A stretch of 64,000 nucleotides of DNA from the NCBI GenBank assembly GCA_051294905.1, contig CM119385.1, forward strand, positions 11,532,001 through 11,596,000, written 5' to 3'. The notes below the pieces were generated by a model that did no database searches, was not told the DNA's origin, and saw only the letters and a list, made by a program, of their open reading frames with translations. The position numbers and the translations under genes were made by a program. Shown one piece after another: positions 57,901 through 64,000 of this stretch. The stretch comes from Botryllus schlosseri. Its lineage: Eukaryota. How positions within the stretch are numbered: the first letter of the stretch is position 1; every line of letters starts with the position of its first letter.

Positions 57901-60900
57901 ATGGAAGAACCAAGTCAGTCGACTTCATCGCAACTGTGTCGCAACGGGTGTGGTTTCTACGGCACGTCTCAAAATGAAGGCATGTGTTCAAAATGTTATA
58001 AAGAGAATGTGCAAAAGAATAGCAATTCCGGACGCAAGTCGCCATCAGGTAATTTGAATTGGAAGACAGCACAGCGATTGAACGTGCAGAAAGTGACACT
58101 CTTGCTTCGTTTCTCAGCACATCCTATTGTATCACCTGTAAAGACGGAAATTCAATCTGCACCAAATAAGTGAGCCTTCTTCCATCAGTTTTGTTGTATT
58201 TTGCTGTCTTGTTCAACAGTGTGTTTATTGATTTGGTATATTGAAGCCTCGGTGCAGTCTTATGGCCTTTATTTTATCATATGCAAGTGTGTTTTTGTAC
58301 CATTTATTCAATGTGCTGGTCTCAAAACAGCAAAGACTTGATAGAGTGATAGCTTGTAATATCAGACTAATTCGATTCGATGGGCTGATGATTATTGTCT
58401 TGTTGCGATTTAGTACTTGATCTACTGACAGGGAAGACTTCCAGTCTCCATAGTCTAGAATAGATCGTTAACAGAGACTGGTCAAGTATCGAGTGTGTAT
58501 CATGAAAATCAGAAATCACTGACTAATTTTATGAGAACCAGTTTTCGTTCTGAATGCTGATTGTTCTTATAATTATGGTACCAATTTCCAAGTTTTTTCC
58601 CTGTTATCTCTGATCTGACATGGTGGTGGATGAAAATTTTAACCTACAACTAATTGCTGGTCTCATTTATCGCAAATTACAAAAATCTATTTTTTTAATT
58701 TACAAATTACAAGGTATTTCAAGTAAACTTTTGTAGCTGTAGGTTATATGGCAGAATACAATACGTTCCTCGTTCATATTGGCAAATATTATTCGCATCA
58801 AGCTTTCTGCTGACTGTCATTAGGTCATCACAGGAATCGATAATCTCGAGAAATCAAATTCTAAGGTTGTAATGACATATCAACAAAATTCTTTCCAAGT
58901 AAACACAAAGCCCAACACGTCAGCTGACATGACAGCGTACGGTAAACAGTTATAAAATGACTAAAAACAACAACTCAGTAGTTATGATCAATAAGTAGTT
59001 CCATTCCTATTCGTCACATGATAAATTCAATTTAACAAGGTTTAATGGTTCGATTTGCGGTGTCCCAATTTTCTTTATATCATTCAAGTCCTAACAGATT
59101 GTGATTAATGCAGTTGAAATTGAAACGATCCCACGTTTCGATATCATGGCAATGACTTACTACTTTGTAGGTGCTTTGAGTCTACTTGTGAGATCTAGCC
59201 CTACTGTTTAGCACATGTTTGTTATAATAATGTTTTCCAATCTTCTTGTTTCAGTTTTTCAAATAAGGAAAGGCACTCAGACGCCGCAGTGTCCAGTTCC
59301 ATGGCTTCCCTAGCTACTAGTGACTCTTTATCAAACAGCTGCAGGTGAGTTGGTCAATTTTTGTAGGCTAACATTGAAATGATGGAAATTGTATTTGTAG
59401 AGATTGCGAATTGTCGTTAGCTCCAGGCAACCCTAGGGTGTTTTTATGAGCCTTCCCAAACGATTGTTTTATTATTGTTATCTTCCGTGCTCGTGGTGAT
59501 GGCCGAGGAGATACTTCCAATGATAACATGTTTTCACATATTTTCGCTAAGCCGACGTGATGATGCATATCGTCAGTCTGGGGTGGAGTTGTAATAGAGA
59601 TATCAACTCTTCTTTGTATTACTGGCATGTTGTTCCAACCTTGACATACTGTTATTGGCTGTATAATGATATCCTAGAGCTAGACACTTCCATCATGTCT
59701 TATGCATTCTCCCTCAAAATTGTTGTGAAGAATGTTTATTCCGGAAATTGATTCAACTAGAAACCTGCTCCCAAAATGCTTCCGAATTTTGCATGAAATA
59801 TTCAGTGTTGTTTTAGGCACCAACTGCTGATTCGGAACGGGTCAATCCGTAACTGAATCACAACGAGTAAACATAGCGCAGCTGTTGTGCTGTTCGAAAA
59901 CTCCCAAATGTAAGTGGGAGCGGTGGCTTATAGCGTGTTGTATTGTCAACCAATTTGGGCACACCAACCGCTTATAAACATTCTTGAACAATGTTAAATA
60001 TGATTTTTCATGGTAACGGTGAGAAAAACATTTAAGATCGGTTTTCGAAGATAACAAATCCTATTACGTAAATTTGAAGGAGTCTACATGTTATAGGTGG
60101 TTGTGTCTGTTTTGACAGTGAAGTAATCAACTATAAATAATAATTTAGTTATAACTGAATGGTGGCTCTGAAGTATAGGCCTATTCATTTGTATTTCATG
60201 TTTTCAGTGGGATTCAGAAAATTCAGGTTCATTATTCTAATGTGACACAGTCGCGAATCATTCTATTCTGGTACAAGATGTAAAGCGGGATTTTGTCCTC
60301 CCTTTGATCCTACTTCAAACGAGGATGAACTCTGATTTGATATGAACTGAACTTAATTCAATCTCCGAGTTTCCGTGATTATAGTAATTCTAATTTAATT
60401 TGGAAAACCTGTGTAGCTATAATTCGAATGTGGTCTAATTTTGAAAAAATGTGTAGCTATAGTTCTAATTCTAGTCTAATCTGAAAAAAAGCAACCGTAT
60501 AGCATAACTATAATTCTAATTCCGAATCTAATTTAGAAAATCTAAATATCAGGGTGCATTCTAGGGCTGGGCAAAATCGAGTACCTGAGTGACTCGATTC
60601 TGAATCACGTATTATGCTTCGAGTCGAGTCGAGTATCACTCAATATGACGTCACAACAAAATAGAATGTGTCAAAGTTCAAATATGTACCTTTTGTGTCG
60701 CCACAAAGTGTTATCCATCACATTAAAGATACTCTTGGCATTTTTTTCAACCATACCGATTTTATTGCACTTTGTGACAATGTTTTGAGAGGATCATGAC
60801 TTCGAAAATGTTTTTCCAGTAATTGTCGTAGCGTTGCACTATTTATTTCGTATACTGCGATATGCCCAATCAAGGTTTTATGGCTTCCACAGTGGAAAAT

Positions 60901-62410
60901 AGTATCGAAACCATAATTCTCGTTGATAATATAACTTTCAGTACCGAGGAGCTTATAATTTCAGTACACGAAAATATCGTCTTTTTCTACTCGACTCGAA
61001 TCATTAAGATAATTACTCGAACCATTGTGCCCAGCCCTAGTGCATACACACTCGCATGCTACATAGAAAAAGGAATGAATCCGTAAATCATTTTGGTTTA
61101 CTCCTTAGTCGTTTACATGGCGGTCGGTTGAAGGATACGAATTTAATATTCCAGCGATGTCGCAACCACATCGAACGCAACCGCAGCCACCGTTACGACG
61201 AGCATATCGCATGCGCCTACGTCGTCAGAAGTCGACGCCTCGTCAGAACATCAAGATAACACCCCGTCGGGCCCGTCGTCGCCGGTCTCGTCATGTCCCG
61301 CCACGCCAGGCTCCGATGACTCGCCGTCCAAGCCGAAGAAAAGCCGGTGCGCCACGTGTAGGAAACGTGTCGGGTTAACAGGTAACGCCGCTCGCTTGTG
61401 ATCTTGTCGCCGGCTTGAAGTTTTGACACGCTTCAACCAGATTCCTGGAAATTTTTATGTACCGTAGAATCCATATTGTGTCTAGAGCTGGGCAAAGTCG
61501 AGTACCTGAGCAATTAGATTCTGAATCACGTACTGGCGTTGAGCCGAGTATCACTCATTTCACGATCATAACAGTATGAAAGATGTGGAAATTCAAGTTT
61601 GTACCTTTTATGCTACCGTAGAGAATACAATGCCAGTTCAGCATCACAATTTAGCGGTACTTTTTCGTGACCATGCCTATTTCATTGTACTTTGTGACAA
61701 TGCTGTGGGTGATCACGCCTTTGCAGAAGTGTCATTTCCACTAATGATGCTTAGCTTTGTGCGACATTTATCGGATGCTGCAGCTGTGATACGACCAATC
61801 ATGGTGTCAAGGCTTCCACAGTAGGAAAGACACTGTAATTTTGATTCACATTTGAGTACTAAGATCATTGTGCCCAGCCCGTGTCCTGTCATGTCTTCAT
61901 TTCGAATCGGCACGGATTTGACTTCAACGTCATTGTGTTGGCTCTAGCCTGTATTGATCAGCGCTACTCAATGTTCGAACAGTGTACGATAGGAATGAGG
62001 AAGAATTTTCGTTAGGGCATTCTTAATGTTGTGTTTTGCTTGCGCCGATATCCTATTAATCATCGGCTAAACATGCCAAACACTGTCAACTCGGCGCCGT
62101 GTCCCTTGATTGATCGAAGACTTGGCAAGACACTTTGACTTTGCGGTTATTGTGCTACACGCATTCGCGTATCTCAAAGCTATGACTTTTAGTATTGATA
62201 TCAGACGATTCTCCGGTCGCGTTGGGTTTTGTGCGGATAATCACGGCTTGCGTTTTGTCAGGTTTCAACTGCCGCTGCGGCAAGATATTCTGCGGAATCC
62301 ACCGTTATTCGGACCAACATAATTGTGATTACGACTACCGGGCCGACGCCCAGGCGAAAATACGCAAGGAAAACCCTGTGGTCGTCGGGGAAAAGGTCCA
62401 GAAAATATGA
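57901..62410 (+). CDS. ZFAND5: A20-type and AN1-type zinc finger protein (ZFAND5/ZFAND6 family), about 221 aa
   Basis: Exons: 57901-58048 (A20 finger [10 protein letters not shown]...GMCSKCYKE), 58118-58169, 59255-59344, 61155-61381 ([18 protein letters not shown]), 62262-62410 ([25 protein letters not shown]...[16 protein letters not shown]). Junctions are GT-AG and in phase. ZFAND5 and ZFAND6 cannot be distinguished here; this is probably a pro-ortholog of both. Confidence 0.92.
60345..60545. repeat. Degenerate AT-rich tandem array (TAGCTATAATTCTAATT...GAAAA-type units)
   Basis: About four imperfect copies of a roughly 45-bp unit, read directly from the sequence. Confidence 0.5.
60562..61039. 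mobile_element. hAT-Ac-like MITE, copy 1, in a ZFAND intron
   Basis: TIR TAGGGCTGGGCA / TGCCCAGCCCTA with flanks GTGCATTC / GTGCATAC (7 of 8 match, putative TSD). Confidence 0.85.
61483..61880. mobile_element. hAT-Ac-like MITE, copy 2, in a ZFAND intron
   Basis: Starts TAGAGCTGGGCAAAGTCGAGTACCTGAG, homologous to copy 1, and ends CATTGTGCCCAGCCC. The left flank ATTGTGTC is only partly repeated on the right (GTGTC), implying a small junction deletion. Confidence 0.75.
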
Positions 62411-64000
62411 GACCGGCAAAAAAAACTCCACGGCCGTACGATTTGACTTAACTGAATGATATCAACACTATCTCACTTTATCCTCTCTTACCCTAATTTG
62501 CATTTCTTTTAGCGTCTCGAATCCCCGTGGCGGCAAAAATTTGCGTTTTTGTCGCGGTCAAAATTCGTGGTTATGTATATGTAGGTCCTGTACGCTGTTC
62601 TTCTTCCGTTTTCGATGCACCGTCGCCCTGTAATATATTTCATATCGAAAGCAAATCGGTGTATGGCGACACAAATTCCTCTTATCGTAATTGTCATTAT
62701 TACCACTACTATTGTTATTGCTACGTATGATTAGACAAAGGATGTTCATTTAGATATTTTTTTTGGTCAAAGCGTGCCGGCTTTTGACGTAGAGGTCGGT
62801 AGTGTTATTTCTTTGTCTGTGCGTGAAATACATTTGCTTGTCCATGGGTGGTTATTGATTTGGCGATACGGGGCGCCGGTCGTTGTCTCGCATCCATTGG
62901 CGGAGATGTGAAGCATTCGGTAGTTGTGATTTTCATGCGACCCTCCCTCCCCCCTTTTCGGCTTGTGTGTTACAAAATTTTTGCTTATATGCTTTACGAA
63001 GTGCACTTTTTATTGTTTCTGTGAATTAGACCTAGCGCTCCATCCGTATGCTTTGACCTCGGAAGCGTACTCTCTCCCAGCGAGCACAGCGCCCGTGCCG
63101 GCCAGAATATGTTTTGCTTTTTCGAGTTTTCGTTGCTAATTTTTGTTAACGAGTCGAATGATAATAGTAATCTTCTATTGATTTGATATTTGCTGGAGCT
63201 CTGGTAACGTTTTTTCTTTGTCTGATTAGATATTTTGGTTTGTTGTTTCTTCCTGTCGCATAAAGAAATATTGTACATGTGTCGTGTCGCTCGAGCAGCA
63301 GCTCGGTCTGTGCGGGAGCATATCAATTGTATCAAACCAAGCGATGCTCACGTATACCATTGCTTGGTAGTAACGCATGCTTTTTTCTGACTTGGTTCGG
63401 TCTGTCTCCTGAAATTTACCATGCAGTCAATTTCACGTAAGTCACCTCGGCATGTTCCTGCATTCCTCTCGACATTTGTTGACTTGAAAGGTTTCCTACG
63501 AATATAGTCTTCCGTTCAAGCATTTATGAAAAGGGTCCGCATGGATTTGGTCTCAATATAACCGAAAATTTGGCTAGTAACGACTTCACGCCGCCATGTA
63601 CGTTCTTTTTGCTCCAATGGCGTTCGCCCGATTTAATTTTAACATTGTTTTATCATGATGCATCTTCTGTGTTCAGTGCTATTTATTTATTTTCCAATGA
63701 TAATACTCGCTTTGTTTTGTCGACACGACTGATGCCTGATAGCGTTGTCAGCCTTGGGACGAATAGTGCGTAAAGAAACAGTGAGCGATGATCGGTTGGT
63801 TAGGTAATCGTCCGCGAGGTCTAGTGCTTACCATTCGGGCGATCCGCGCATTTCGTTACCGCTTGGTGACGCTTCCGGTATGCCGCTGGGCTGAAGAGAA
63901 AATTTAGCTCTGATACTGAGCGCGTACCATTTTACTAACATATGGCGGCCCGTCTGTTTGTAACAACATATATCTACACCGAGCCGGTCTCAGGACTGCG

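Overview
This is an AT-rich eukaryotic (invertebrate animal) genomic window; the species cannot be determined from the sequence. I assembled three intron-containing genes by hand from GT-AG junctions and reading-phase continuity. They are a 23-exon EF-hand + WD40 gene of the WDR49/WDY-like family (minus strand, 2088-11737), the nuclear receptor HNF4 (plus, 28720-38253) and an A20/AN1 zinc-finger gene of the ZFAND5/6 type (plus, 57901-62410). Intergenic DNA and introns are dense with mobile DNA: a CR1/L2-type RT fragment, a decayed 3.2-kb ISL2EU (PIF/Harbinger-related) transposon, Harbinger-like and hAT-like MITEs (several with 8-bp TSDs), a pogo-like element with a nested foldback MITE, and tRNA-headed SINEs. 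Four observations stand out. (1) A very young non-autonomous LTR element (22753-26215) has identical 476-bp LTRs, a 5-bp TSD, a tRNA-Trp-like PBS and a PPT, but its termini are TT...AA instead of TG...CA. (2) Three 22-36 bp palindromic micro-elements look like fused transposon ends with their target duplications still in place. (3) A candidate 10-nt HNF4 microexon would remove the F domain. (4) A candidate upstream exon would add an NLS-like peptide in frame to ZFAND5/6. All family assignments come from motif recognition, with no database search.
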